NCBI RefSeq assembly: GCF_009914755.1
Contig: NC_060933.1
From: the human T2T-CHM13v2.0 reference genome, Homo sapiens
Length of the DNA stretch: 64,000 nt
Direction: 5' to 3' (one strand)
Part shown: piece after piece, positions 30,407-44,180 of the stretch
Layout of the letters: the number at the start of each line of letters is the position of its first letter
How positions within the stretch are numbered: position 1 is the first letter of the stretch
The notes under the pieces: generated by a model
Seen by the model: only the letters and a program-made list of their open reading frames with translations
Told to the model about the DNA's origin: nothing
Databases searched by the model: none
Position numbers and translations under genes: made by a program

Positions 30407-30897
30407 TAGCAATTTGCTTTGTAGAGTTCTAGAAAAAAAATGGCATCTGTTTTTTCTTTTAAATATTTACATTTCCATTATTATTATAACAAAATCAATC
30501 TTTCAGAGTAATGATTCTCACTGTGGAGTCATTTGATGATTAAGATCAGTTGGCATAAGAAACAATTGTGATTTCAAAATTATGTGATACTTTTGAATTG
30601 GTCTTAAGCTACATTGCTCATTAATCACTTTTTAAAATTATGAATGGATTCTATTACTTTTTATATGACCAGATTACATTAATACTAACATAATTATGAT
30701 TTCAAATTTTTATAAATCAGACAATTCTGAATTCAGTTATTAGTTTTGATCTTGCTGATAAATATTTTAAGCTTCAGCCTCTTTTACTAACATATTCACA
30801 ATTGCTCTTTGAATCACTGACTCAAAATGAAAGGCAACAAACATATAATAATTAGGTTATAATTGTTTTAAAAGTGTATTCTTTTCCTTTGTTTTAG

Positions 30898-31110
<213 letters not shown>

Positions 31111-31714
31111 TAAGTCAAAACATACACTCATAGAAAATGAATTAAGCTCATTAATTTGTTTTGAAAGCATAATTTTTAGTGAGATGGCTTCAGGAGATTA
31201 GTAGGAAGTGAATGCTAATCTAATAATGTAATTTCAGAAAATAATGTTAGTAAATAATCTTACCTTTAAAATGTTAGTCAAGGATAGTTTCTGTCCCATT
31301 TCTTTCTCTCTCTCTCTCTTTTTTTTTTTTGCTTTTGTATGGCTTTTTTCCCCTGAAAAGTCTCATGTAGTTAACCTGATCTGTTAGTTTTTGTCACTAA
31401 GTACTTTCGAAGCTTTATAATTAATAATGTGATCTTGTTATAAAATTGCTTGTCAGAATTTTCCTAAATAGAAATATTAATGAGTTTAATTTATTTTTTG
31501 GTAGATCACAACCTAAACCCAAAGTTTCAAGTGGTACTGCTACTCCGGGCACAATCATTTTTGATTGTGATCTTTAGTATTATCACTAGAGGGTGCCTCA
31601 AGAAAGACTATTTGTGTAACATTTTCAAGATGTTACAGAAAGGCATCCTTGTGAAATAGGGAATAATTATCAAGGAATTTAAAGAAGTGTAATTCACAAA
31701 GTGGTTAAAACATA

Positions 31715-32267
31715 ACTAGAAATACCATTTGACCCAGCAATCCCATTACTGGGTGTATACCCAAAGGATTATAAACCATGCTGCTATAAAGACACATGCA
31801 CACGTATGTTTATTGCAGCACTATTCACAATAGCAAAGACTTGGAAGCAACACAAATATCCAACAATGATAGACTGGATTAAGGAAATGTGGCACATATA
31901 CACCATGGAATACTATGCAGCCATAACAAATAATGAGTTCATGTCCTTTGTAGGGACATGGATGGAGCTGGAAACCATCATTCTCAGCAAACTATCGCAA
32001 GGACAAAAAACCAAACACTGTATGTTCTCACTCATAGGTGGGAATTGAACAATGAGAACACATGGACACAGGAAGGGGGGAACATCACACACCGGGGCCT
32101 GTCGTGGGGTGGGGGGATGGGGGAGGGATAACATTTGGAGATATACCTAATGTTAAATGATGAGTTACTGGGTGCAGCACACCAACATGGCACAGGTATA
32201 CATATGTAACTAACCTGCACGTTGTGCACATGTACCCTAAAACTTAAAGTATAAAAAAAAAAAAAAA
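31715..32267 (+). mobile_element. Relatively young L1PA 3' fragment with poly-A
   Basis: ctagaaataccatttgacccagcaatcccattactggg...aacttaaagtat(a)n; ORF 31806-32048 is L1 ORF2-end-like. Confidence 0.93.
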
Positions 32268-32975
32268 CTTGTTCAGCCTGAAGGGGTGTGTGGAAGGCAG
32301 AAGGAAAAAGCCCCACCTCCAGTGCCTTGGTCACAGTGCTGGGGGCTAATTGCCTTCAGACATGCTTTAGTTCTTTTTGATCACCAACCAGCCAATCTAG
32401 TTCTCCCCCAGGAGTTGTTGTTCTGAATTATTCCTCAGTGCCAAATGCTTAATTGTTCCTAGATAATGGGTGAAATGCACAAGGGTGAAACCTAAAATTT
32501 GTTTGCTAAACACAAGTGTTCCTAGATTTTTTTGTTGTTGTTCATTTTAGTTTTCTTAACCTACATTAAGGAGTACAACATGATGTTTTGATACAATTAT
32601 TTCTAGTGAAGTGGTTCTTATAATCAAGCAAATCAACATATTCTTTTCTCACATTGTTACCCTTTAAATATGAGTATTTCTAATGGAATCTTCAGAATCT
32701 CACAAGTAGAGCCCTTTTAGAAGGCAGCAAGTGTTACCTGTCGAACCATATATCACTGATAGCCATTTCTCTTCCCTGTCTACTTTGTTTGTACTGCTTG
32801 TTCAGTATAAATCACCTTAGAAACACAGGTGCTTCTTTAGAATGATTTTAAAATTATACTTGCTTACAACAGATATGCTCTCACACATCTTCAGTGTGAA
32901 AACACTGTTTAGTGGATAATTTGGTTTGCTCTCAGGGCAAGTTTTTAAAAACTGCAAGTCATTAAGAATCATTAG

Positions 32976-33236
<261 letters not shown>

Positions 33237-33619
33237 ACTGTGGTTAGTTACATGACCATTTCTCTTTTGGGTTTCATTTCTCTAATATAATTCTTGTTTT
33301 TAATTTGGTGAAATACTGAATTCTGTTGACTGAATTCTGATGTTTAGTAAAGATCATAATTAGCTGTGTTAACACAGAAAGGAAATGGGAACTTTACATT
33401 TTTTAATTCCCTGGAGCTCTTATTTTCAAGAGATACCCGTTTACTAACTTTATTCCATAAATGTGACTAAACTGACACATTTAAAATGTCTTTAAAAGCT
33501 GCATTTAAGTTAGGTTTTAGAAATTGCATATTATTGCCTGATAACTGATGATATAGTTTGAGATGCTTTGGCTTACTCTCTAATTGATTATAGTTTAGCT
33601 GTGGTTCATACTGCCCCCC

Positions 33620-33912
<293 letters not shown>

Positions 33913-33937
33913 ATGTCACTTTTAAAGTTTCTTTGCA

Positions 33938-34238
33938 CCAGCCAGGTGTGGTGGCTCATGTCTGTAATCCCAGCACTTCGGGAGGCTGAGGCAGGTGTGT
34001 CACAATGTCAGGAGTTCAAGACCAGCCTGGCCAAGATGGTGAAAGTACAAAAAGTAGAAAAAAAAAATTAGCCAGGTGTGGTGGAGAGCACCTGTAATCC
34101 CAGCTACTAGGGAGGCTGAGGCAGAGAATTGCTTGAACCCAGGAGGCGGAGGTTGCAGTGAGCCGAGATCGTGCCACTGAACTCCAGCCTGAGTGACATG
34201 GTGAGACTTCATCTTGAATATAAAAAATTTAAAAAAAA
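33938..34238 (+). mobile_element. Alu (sense member of an inverted pair)
   Basis: gccaggtgtggtggctcatg...tail. Confidence 0.9.
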
Positions 34239-34416
34239 GTTTATTTGCACCATCTCAACTCTTCCCACCCATAATCACAACTGAATGATTGGCATCCAAA
34301 CAGTTTACCACATATAGATGTTTATTATTTAGTAGAATCCAAAATAATTGCATTTTATGAATTAAACAAAACACTAAAATGTTCATTTCCATTTTTATGT
34401 TCAAAGCTTTGTGCTT

Positions 34417-34716
34417 GGCCAGGTGCCGTGGCTCACACTTACAATCCCAACATTTTGGGAGGCCGAGGCAGGTGGATCACCTGAGGTCAGGAGTTTGAGA
34501 CCAGCCTGGCCAACATGATGAAACCCATCTCTACTAAAAATACAAAAATTAGCAAGGCATGTTGGCAGGCATGTGTAATCTCAGATACTTGGGAGGCTGA
34601 GGCGGGAGAGTCACTTGAACCCAGGAGACAGAGGTTGCAGTGAACCAAGATCATACCACTGCACTATAGCCTATGTGATGGAGACTCTGTCTCAAAAAAA
34701 AAAAAAAAAAAAAAAA
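34417..34716 (+). mobile_element. Alu
   Basis: Full dimer with a long A-tail. Confidence 0.9.
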
Positions 34717-34749
34717 GGTTTGTGCTTTTCTTACATAAGAGTACATCCT

Positions 34750-35905
34750 CTGACTATAAAAATCCTGGAAGAAAACCTAGGAAATACTCTTCTGGACTTC
34801 ATACTTCTCAATTAATTTATGGCAAAGTCCTCAAAAGCAATTGCAAGAATAACAAAAATTGACAAGTATGATCTAATTAAGCTAAAGAGCTTCTGCACAG
34901 CATGAGAAACTATCACAGGATTAAACAGACAGCGTAGAGAATGGAAGAAAATATTCACAAACTATGGATACAGCAAACACCTATTATCCAGAATCCATAG
35001 GAGATCTAAACAAATCAACAAGCAAAAAATAAATAACACCATTAAAAATGGGCAAAGGACATGAACAGACACTTCTCAAAATAACACATGTAAGTGGCCA
35101 ACAAACATATTAACAAATGCTTACCATTGTTAATCATCAGAAAAGTGCCAAACAAAACATCAGTGAGATACTATTTCACACCAGTCAGAATAACTTTTGT
35201 TGAAAAGTAAAAAAAAAAAAAAAAGATGTTGGGGAAGCAGTGGAGAAAAGGGAACACACACCGTTTGTGGCAATGTAAATTAATTCAGCTACTATGGAGA
35301 GCAGTTTGGAAATTAAGAACTAAGGATGACCGTTGGATGCAGCAATCCCATTACTATACTAGGGGTATACCTAAAGGACAATAAATCATTGTAATAAAAA
35401 GATGCTTGCACATGTGTGTTCATTGCAGCACTATTCAAAGCAGCAAAGACATGGAGTCAATCCAGGTGCATCCAAGGCAGATTGAAAATCCAAGGTAGAT
35501 TGGAATGTTCCATACATACCATGGAATACTATGCAGCCAAGAAAAGAACAAAATCATGTCCTTTGCAGCAACATGGATACAGCTGGAATCCACTATCCTA
35601 AGCAAACTAACACAGAAACAGAAACCAAATATCTCATGTTTTCACTTATGTGGGAGCTACACATTGGGTGCACATTGTCATAAACCTGGGAACAATAGAC
35701 ACTGGGAAATAAGAACAGGGAGGGACAGAGTGGGCCAGGGTTGGAAAACTACTTATTGGGTCCTATGCTTACTACCTGTGTGATGGGTTCCACTGTACTC
35801 CAAACCTTGGCATCCCTCAATATTCTCTTGGAAGAAGCCTACACAGGTACCACCTTAATTTAGAATACAAACTAGAAAAAAACAAACAAACAAAAAAAAA
35901 ACAAG
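34750..35905 (+). mobile_element. L1 (L1PA/PB) ORF2 3' part and 3'UTR
   Basis: ataaaaatcctggaagaaaacctagg...gagcttctgcacagc...atggaatactatgcagcc...A-rich tail. Confidence 0.88.
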
Positions 35906-36044
35906 AAAAATTTACTATTAAAAAAGTTTACTATAAGTAGAGAATAGAAATTTTAAGATAAAATTTATTGATGTAAAAAAATTGGATTAAACTTGTATAA
36001 AGGGCAGAGTTTTGCTAAGAATTTCAAAGCAATGCATTCATTGA

Positions 36045-36362
<318 letters not shown>

Positions 36363-36664
36363 ATTGTTTAACCTTTGTACTAATAAAACACTACCTTCCT
36401 AAAATCATGTATATGCAGTAGACCAATATTAACTGTATTTTTGTCTGGTTACTCTAAACAGCATTACACAGGTGCATCCTCTGTTATCTAAACTTAAAAT
36501 AAGTAGAAATTTTACTTTATGTGATTATTTTTCTATTTAAGCAAACTTCAAGTTATGTCTAGTCACTAAAAATACTAAAGGTCACATTTTGTAAGTGATA
36601 CATTATTTGCATGATAATGTTTCTTGTTTAACTTAAACATTATTATTATTTTTACTTATTTTAG

Positions 36665-36710
36665 ATGGAGCTGGACTGTGTAGAACAAATAACTAGAGAA
36701 ACAAAGAGAA
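36665..36710 (+). pseudogene. Post-stop remnant exon MELDCVEQITRETKR (read-through gives SMLPKFINYI* to 36742)
   Basis: ttttag acceptor, gtatgt donor at 36711; matches the recalled ANKRD18B C-terminus MELDCVEQIIRETKRSMLPKFIN. Confidence 0.65.
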
Positions 36711-37359
36711 GTATGTTGCCAAAATTTATTAATTACATTTAGGTTTATTTTAGAAATTAAGTGTAAATAACAAATGGCATTCCTTTTCATTGTTTGGTTA
36801 GTAGATACTATGTCAAGTATTTTTTTTCTTAGACACATCTAATGCAAGATGTGAAAACAAAAACTTTCACAGAGAAGACTGTACTTATGCACCATAAATT
36901 CATCATGTTCCATAGCTTAAAAAATTCCCAAGAAGTCTGTGCATCTGTTTTTTACTGGCTCTACACTTTCTTAAGTTTTGCCATCATCATGGAACTGTCA
37001 GCCAGCACACTGAAACAATTCTCAGAAAACAAAGGCATCACCAAGTTCTCAGGGTTTTGGTACAGATTGAAGGCCAACAGACCTCAGACTCATTTTGAAA
37101 TCCTTAGCTGGGCAATAACCCTTCATAAGCAGTCACTTGACAGGTGACATTTTAAATCTCCTATCATTTACTGTGTCATTGGCTTACATCTGTTCTCAGG
37201 AAAAGTTCCAAAATTTTCACCATGAAATAAAAACACCCACGTCAATGTGATTCTTGTCAAGTTACTCAGCCTTGTTTTTTGCCACTTACCGCACTCTACC
37301 CTTTGCTCTAGCACCAAAGTGGAGGAGAGTAGAACTCCGCAGGGCTCTTCCTCACCTCA

Positions 37360-37682
37360 GGCTCTTTGCCTTCGCCTCTTCCCTCTATCTGGCAAGCTTT
37401 TCCTTGTCCTTCAGGTATCAACCTATGTTATCTCCTCCACCAGAAAGCCCATGATATTGACATAAAAGTGGGATAGATGTCCCTTTTGTGTGTTCCAGTA
37501 GTGCCCTGCTGTATACCTGTCATGGTATCTATGACACTATGTGGACATTGCCTACCTGTCTGTGTTTTTAGGTTATAGCATATGACTATTGGGAGGTGGA
37601 CCATGCCATCTTCATCTTGGAATTCCAGTGCCGGTTCTAGTACCTTAGCACGTGGCTGTTGATTACATGAATGAAGAATGAA
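37360..37682 (+). mobile_element. Probable L2 3' end
   Basis: ttcatcttggaattccagtgcc..tagcacgtggctgttgattacatgaatgaagaatgaa terminus. Confidence 0.5.
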
Positions 37683-37876
37683 AAACCTCTGATATTTAAA
37701 CACAATAGAATTAATGCCATGTGTAAATTATTTAATAGTAATTTTGTATTGTAAATGTACATAGATATTTCTCATTCTTACTAACTCTGATAAAGTTCTC
37801 AACTCTTTAGTATTTAAACTCACATTTAGTTAACTGAAGTGTTTTAGGTAAAGAACATAATTCTTTCTCTTTCCAG

Positions 37877-37995
37877 TTGTTGCTGTGTTGAACACTTGCT
37901 CCCGTCTACTTACTTCTCTATAATCCACTGGTAAGCCACATCTAATGAAGAGAATGTTTAACCATAAAGTCTTAAGGAAAAATTTTATTATTTAA
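37877..37995 (+). pseudogene. Degenerate ancestral ANKRD26-type terminal exon ending VLRKNFII*
   Basis: Strong pyrimidine tract plus ccag acceptor at 37875-76. 37969-37995 reads VLRKNFII*, like the recalled ANKRD26 end VLKKNYMI*. Confidence 0.5.
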
Positions 37996-39314
37996 AAGAT
38001 TATAAAACTTTATTACTGGGCTGTTTACACAATATTTTAATTGTTTCTCATAAAATATATAACATTACAATCTTTACTGAAGTAGGATGTTTTTGTATCA
38101 CATGTGTGATGATAATTTATAGGGTAATTTAAATGATGTTTTTTAGCCTCCTTAAGTTTTAAGTGGATCTTGCAAATGAACACCAGTATTATTGAGTTTG
38201 ACGTACTCAAATTGCCCAAAGGCCAGCTGTTTAAACAGCCAAAGAACCAAGTCATCATTGATACTTTAGTAAAGGTCATCGAAGGCTTCTTTGCATTTTA
38301 CAGCTTTTACTACTTAGGGGAGTTAAGGAGTACCTGCCAGGCTTGTCCATGCTAATGTGACAATTTTCTTTTTGTAGTTGAACCGTATTTTGTGGGGAGA
38401 TACTTTGAGGCTCTGTAAATATCCAGTTACTCCCAGAACCCACTAGATTTAGCATTTCATGGATGACTTGTGTTTGAACAATTATTACTATGATGGTTGC
38501 CAGATGATTATTTTCTTCTCTTCTTTGCTGTACATGGAGAAGTAAAACCAATAAATAACTGAGAAGGGAAAGCTCATGATTCTGGTGCTCCAATTCCCCA
38601 AGATTAGGCCAGTGGTAGACATTTCAAGCTGACTTCTTGTCTTTTTTATTTGTCTTCGTTACTCTGTCAGCACTTTTTTAGTTTCAGGAACAAGATGTTC
38701 TAAGCTAATGTTGTATTTTCTCTGCTCCAGCCATGGAATGAGTGATTTTTCTTAGAAGCAGAGGTGGAGCCACTGAGGAAGCACAGGCGAGCCCTCCCCA
38801 GCACGTGCTCACTGGTCCCCAACAGAACAACCGCTGCCGCATCCATGAGGTATCAAGAAACTAGCAAAGGGCCTTCTGGCTGTCTGGGCACAGTCCTCAT
38901 GTGGTCCCTGGCTCAGCCTCAAGGGTTCTGCATTAGTCTTCCTGTAGCCTCTGTGCTGTGTCTGTAGATCGGGACTCTGTGGGAAGGGCCCTGGGATGCC
39001 CAACAGCACAAGATGTCTCATCTGCCAAATGTCCCTGCCTTCCTCCCACTCTGACACTCAGGAATAGGCTACATGGCATGTCCAGGCAGTGCCAGGCCAC
39101 CTCACTATCTCCTTTGAGATTGGCCCAGAGGGCTTTTGGGGTGAGTGTGGAGCTGGGCACCTGGAGCCTGAGGCCAGCTGTCTCTCCCTCTGTCTTGGAG
39201 GAAAAGCCATGTCCCAAAAAAAACCCCAGGGCCTGACCTCTGGACACACATACAGGGAGGGAGGGTCTGTGGGCTGAGGGGGGCATTGTAATGAGACTTT
39301 GAGCACGCTGCTCA

Positions 39315-39910
39315 GGGGCCTGGTCAGTGGACCATGCTCAGAGATGACCTGGTCATCAGGACCTAGTCAGTTGGAACCTGGTTAGTGGTGGCCTCCTCAG
39401 TAAAGGCCTCCTCAGTGGGGACCTGGTGACCTAGTCATTGGAAGCCCGGTTCATGGGGACCTGGTCACTGATGGTCTTCTTAGTGAGGCCTGATGGGCTG
39501 GAACATAAACAATGAAAAACTGGTTGGTGGGGCCTATGCAGTATACTAGGGGCCTGGTCAGTGTGGGGCCTTAGTGGCTTGGAGCCTCGTCAGTGAGGGC
39601 CTGGTCAGAGGGGGCTCGGTCAGCTGGGGACTGATCCATGGAAAATTGTTTAGTGGGGGTCAGGTGAGCAGCGACCTGGTCAACTGTGGTCTTGTCAGTG
39701 GGAACCTGGTCAGTGGGGACCAGGTCAGTGGGAAATTGGTCAGTGAGGTCTGGCCTATGAGGCCTATTAAGTGTGAGCCTGGTTAGGAAGACATGGTCAG
39801 TGGGGACTTGGTCAGTGGGAACTGGTAAATGGAGGAGTGGTCATTAGAGGCCTCATCAGTGGGAAACTGGTCCTGGGCGGCTGGTCAGTAGGAACCTGGC
39901 CAGCTGGCCA
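39315..39910 (+). repeat. Degenerate ~15-bp minisatellite, consensus about GGTCAGTGGGGACCT
   Basis: Many recurring ctggtcagtgggg / gacctggtca units, e.g. 39694-39745. Confidence 0.8.
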
Positions 39911-41277
39911 CTGTGTGACCTCAGGCAGGGGTTTTGTCTGTGGAGTCTCCTTGCCTCCATCTGCAGGGAAGGTGAGTCAGGGCACCTTGGAGGGTGGCTG
40001 GAAAGAGAAGGTGAGAAGATGTGTTGAATCCAGCACCACTTGGCAGACCTACAACTTTACACATGACCTGTGTGCCACCTAGAGGGGGTGCCAGCCCTCT
40101 CTGCTGTGCCTGGTGCCCCTCCTCTCTCTGCATCCCCAGGACCACCATGGGTGGGGAAGGCAGAGATTGGGGAGCACCTGTAGAAGCTCTAATGCTGGCC
40201 ATGAGCCCTCGGTGATGACCTGGGTGCACCTGTGAGTGGAGAAGCTAGGCCTGGCCAGAGAAGCAAGAGAAACACACACACACATATGTGCACACACACA
40301 CGCATGCACAAACACACTGCATCCACACATGTCAGTTCAGGGGATAGAGGACACTGACTCTGGGCCCTGTTGACCCATGCAGGCTCCCATTGTGGTGGGT
40401 TGTGTCACCCCACAATGTCACTGTTGCTGAGCCCCCATCGCCTCTGTGTTGTGGAGCAGTTAGAGACACACTGTGGTGTCTGAGTGGCTCTGCGTGAAGG
40501 ACCGTTTTCTAGGTGAGAGGCACATCTCAACACAGCTGACTGATCAGACTCAGGTGAGTGGGACCTGCTCTCTTCTCTTCCTCCTAGCTTGCGGACAGTC
40601 GCTATCAGTTGGGTGGTTTTGGCCTCTGAGCAGCTACTGAGGGTAATCCCTGAACACTCACCGGATGCCTATTCTGTGCTGACAGTCATCTCGTTCATCC
40701 TCGCAGCAATTCCATTCTGCATCTTTTCTGATCACCCCCGTGATTACCCAGGACAACCCCATCAGGCCCTCTCACCCAGGCCCAGTCCAGCTCCATGATA
40801 ACAAAGACGCAGGTCCAGAGACAACTGCCCTGCATGGTGCCTGCATCTGACCCCCCTTGGTGGGTAGTGACCAGCACAACATGGAAGAAGCCAGGGCAGC
40901 ATGCAGCCAGCTGCCCTGCAGCCCCAGATGGCTCCTAGGCCTTGGGAAGTCATTCTCAAAGGGGAAGCTGGTCATTTTGAGGTCCCTGGAGGGAAGGGTG
41001 AATATGTGATCCCAACAGCCCTGGAAGCCAGCAGCATGCCATACATCTTACCCAACCTGTGTGACAGAGGCCCCCTCCTGGGGCACAAGTCCCATACCTA
41101 AAGGGTCCTGTCCCAGTTGAACCTCATCCTGAGCCCTGGGAGGGGAGGAGCACCATGGGCCTCCCTGCAGCAGCCAGGATTACCACCCAGGGGACTCAGC
41201 CTTCTGTGGCCCTGGCCAGACTTAGAATTTGGCCCAAGACAAGACAAGCTCACTCGGAGCAGCTTGTCAGTACCCGG

Positions 41278-41620
41278 GGCCTGTGCATGCCAAGTAAGTC
41301 CAAGCTGGCTCAAAGAGCAACCAGCCACCTCTGCAAGGGTGTGCCAGGAGCAGGTGGACCAGCCACCAACCTCACCCACTCAAGGAAACAGGGATGGCCA
41401 GGTTCCCACACCCCGAGTGACCACCACCTGACAGCTGATGGAGTGGAGGCCTGAGGAAAAGCAGATGGCACTGGGGCCCTACCTCCAGGGCAGAGTAACT
41501 GATTTACCCCGACTGGCAGCAAGTGAGGTTGGTGGCTGGTCCACCTGCTCCTGGCACACCCTTGCAGAGTTGGCTGGTTGCTCTTTGAGCCAACTTGGCC
41601 TTGCCTGGCATGCACAAGCC
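41278..41620. repeat. 98-bp inverted repeat (arms 41278-41375 and 41523-41620)
   Basis: Hand alignment gives about 92/98 matches to the reverse complement; 147-bp spacer. Confidence 0.9.
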
Positions 41621-41750
41621 TCAGTTCAACAACTGTGCTGCAAATGGAGCCACATAGAGGAAATGAGCAGCAGCCTCAGGAGCAGGGTTTGCGCTGCCTT
41701 TGGGGCTCCAATCCATGCATCAGGGCTCCTACAGCACTGGGCTTCTTGGG

Positions 41751-42950
41751 TGCCAAGAGGCAGACCACAGGCCCTCTTGAGGAGGATTCTATGTTCAAGT
41801 GCAGAAAGGGCCCAATCTGGTGGATGAACCACACGGCCAGCTTCTGGGTGCAGGCACAGTGCCACATCTTCCAACACTTCCTGATGTGCCACACCAGCAC
41901 TGAAGAGACAGCCTGGAGACAGGGCAAGAGGAAGGCTGAGAAGGATGAGATGGTGAGTGCCAGATTCTCCCTGGCTCTGAGCCCACCTCCAGGGTGACAC
42001 TCAAACTTTAGGAGTGGGAGAGCGAGATCGACAGCTTCAAATGCTTCACCAAGAAGATGAACAACAGGGCACTCGGCTCAACTTCACAGCCAATGAGTTG
42101 ACATGCAAGCAGGTGATGGTGACAGGCTTTAAGAAGGAGCATCAGAAGGCTGCCAGTTCTTCAGCCTCAGCCAGGCCTTGGAGCTGGACCAGCCCATCCA
42201 CTTCACCACAGATGCCTTCAACACTGTCAGTGAGCTCTTTGCCAATCATCCCAGGCAGAACCTGGACCCAGTCATGGACCTGTTAGTGCTGTCTCAGGGA
42301 CACCAGACCAACATCCTGAACATCATCCACATACACAAGCAAGTTCTTACCAAAGTCGCGGAGGGCAGGCAACATGTGGCAGAAGGGAAGATAGAGATGC
42401 AGAGGCTGATGACATCAGAATCACAGGAACAGGAATTCTTTCACCACTTCACTGGAAATTCACCACTTCCATCCAATTTGAATAAGAGACATGAAATCAC
42501 AGATGCAGCATTTCTTGCAACAAGAGATACTATTTTTTTCAAAAATCATCCAGGAATTGATAATGTTGAATGACTAGATATTTGATTGTGGACTGTTTCC
42601 AGTTCAAGGATACTTTCTACACAGAATAATAACACTAGCAAGGAGCTAGTGCCAGCTATCCGTGGTAGCACAAGGATGGTTTTGTGCTCAACTGAAATCA
42701 AGCTGAATACAGAATTGTGTAGGAAACAGTTAATATGTTGACAGAATAGAAACAGTAGCAAACATGAACTAAATCATGCCATGAATGCCTAAACTACCAT
42801 TGGGACTTTTGGAAGAATGATAATACCACTTTACTGCTCTTTGAAGTATGAATATTTTAGTGTATATGCTGTAGACCACAAACCCTATAAAGAGTCCCAA
42901 ATAAGTTGGCTGGATAAAGCCTGCTGTGCATGTCTTTATACTCAAAGACT
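41751..42950 (+). pseudogene. SNX18P: SNX18 processed pseudogene (5'-truncated PX-end/BAR region plus 3'UTR part)
   Basis: Fragments [79 protein letters not shown] and [17 protein letters not shown] match recalled SNX18. Frameshifted, with no intron at the SNX18 exon junction (~42340). Confidence 0.88.
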
Positions 42951-42952
42951 GA

Positions 42953-44180
42953 TGATGCAATTCGAATATGTGTCCCCACCAAATCTCATATTTAATTATA
43001 TTTCCTAATGTGGAAGGTGGATCCTGGTATAAGGCAATTGATTTGTGAAGGCAAATTTCTCATGAATGGTTCAGCACCATCCCCTTGTACCATCCTCACA
43101 ATCATGAGTGACTTCTCGTGAGATCTGGCCACTGAAAACTATGTCACCTCCCTACTCTGCGTGTTTTCCTCTTGCCATGTGAGACAACTCACTCTTTCTT
43201 TGCCTTGTACAAAGATTGAAAGATTTCTGAGGCCTCCCAGAATCAGAAGCCCTGTGCTTCCTGTCCACTCTGCAGAACCATGAGCCAATTAAACCTCTTT
43301 TTCAAAATGAATCAAACAGAAAATGGCAAATGACGATTGCAGCATTGCTATAAAGATACCTGAAAATGTGGAAGCAGCTTTGGAACTAGGTAATGGGCAG
43401 AGGTTGGAAGAGTTTGGAAGGCTCAAAAGAAGACAGATGAGAAAATTTTTGGACTATCTTAGAGACTGGTTAAATGGTTGTGATAAAAATCCTGGCACAA
43501 ACATGGATAGTGAAGGCCAGGCTGAGGAGGTCTCAGATAGAAATAAGAAGCTTTCTGGAAAAGGTCTTCCTTTTGAATATGGAAAGCTTACACAATGCCT
43601 GTACCATCATTATACGTTAGAAGCTGTGAACTTGCTTTTTATTTCAGAGGCTCATAGGAAAAAGAGACCGTAGCCTTGACTCAGATGAGATTTTGGACTT
43701 TGTAAGTTTGAGTTAATGCTGAAATGAGTTAAGACTCATTCTGGCAAGGCATGATTGTATTTTGCAATGTGAGAAGGACATGATATTCATGGGATCAGGG
43801 ACAGAATAATATGGTTTGTCTCTGTGTCCGTATCAAAACCCATGTGGAATTATACTCCCTAATGTTAGAGGTGGGGCCTAGGTGGAAAAAGATTTAGTTA
43901 TAAAAGGGTGCGGGTAGGTTCTCCACGAATGATAAAGGACCATCACCTTGATGCTGTCCTCCTGATAGCGAGTGAGTTCTCATGAGATCTGGTTGTTTAA
44001 AAGGCTGTGGAACCTCTTTCCTCACTCTGTCTTCCTCCTACTCCTGCCTTAGGAGGTATCTCATTGTCTTGGCTTTTGGTATAATTAGGAGGCTTCTTGA
44101 TTCCTCCCAGAAACGGAAGACACTATGCTTCCTTCACAGCTTGCAAAACCATGATTCAATTAAACCTCTTTCATTTACAA
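42953..44180 (+). mobile_element. MSTB-like MaLR element: LTR (~42953-43318), deleted internal region, LTR (~43806-44180)
   Basis: tgtgtccccaccaaatctcat...atgaatggttcagcaccatcccctt...gagatctgg...gcagaaccatgagccaattaaacctctttt (MSTB LTR); gatacctgaaaatgtggaagcagctttggaact (MST/THE1-int). Confidence 0.82.

Noticed and set aside
39315-39910. Short regularly recurring repeats considered as a CRISPR-like array
   Set aside because: Eukaryotic context, degenerate tandem units and no unique spacers.
38764-41100. Possible CYP4F pseudogene or protein-coding exons in the GC-rich block
   Set aside because: No CYP or other recognisable peptide motif found in any frame; a lncRNA (FAM95-like) assignment cannot be verified from sequence alone.
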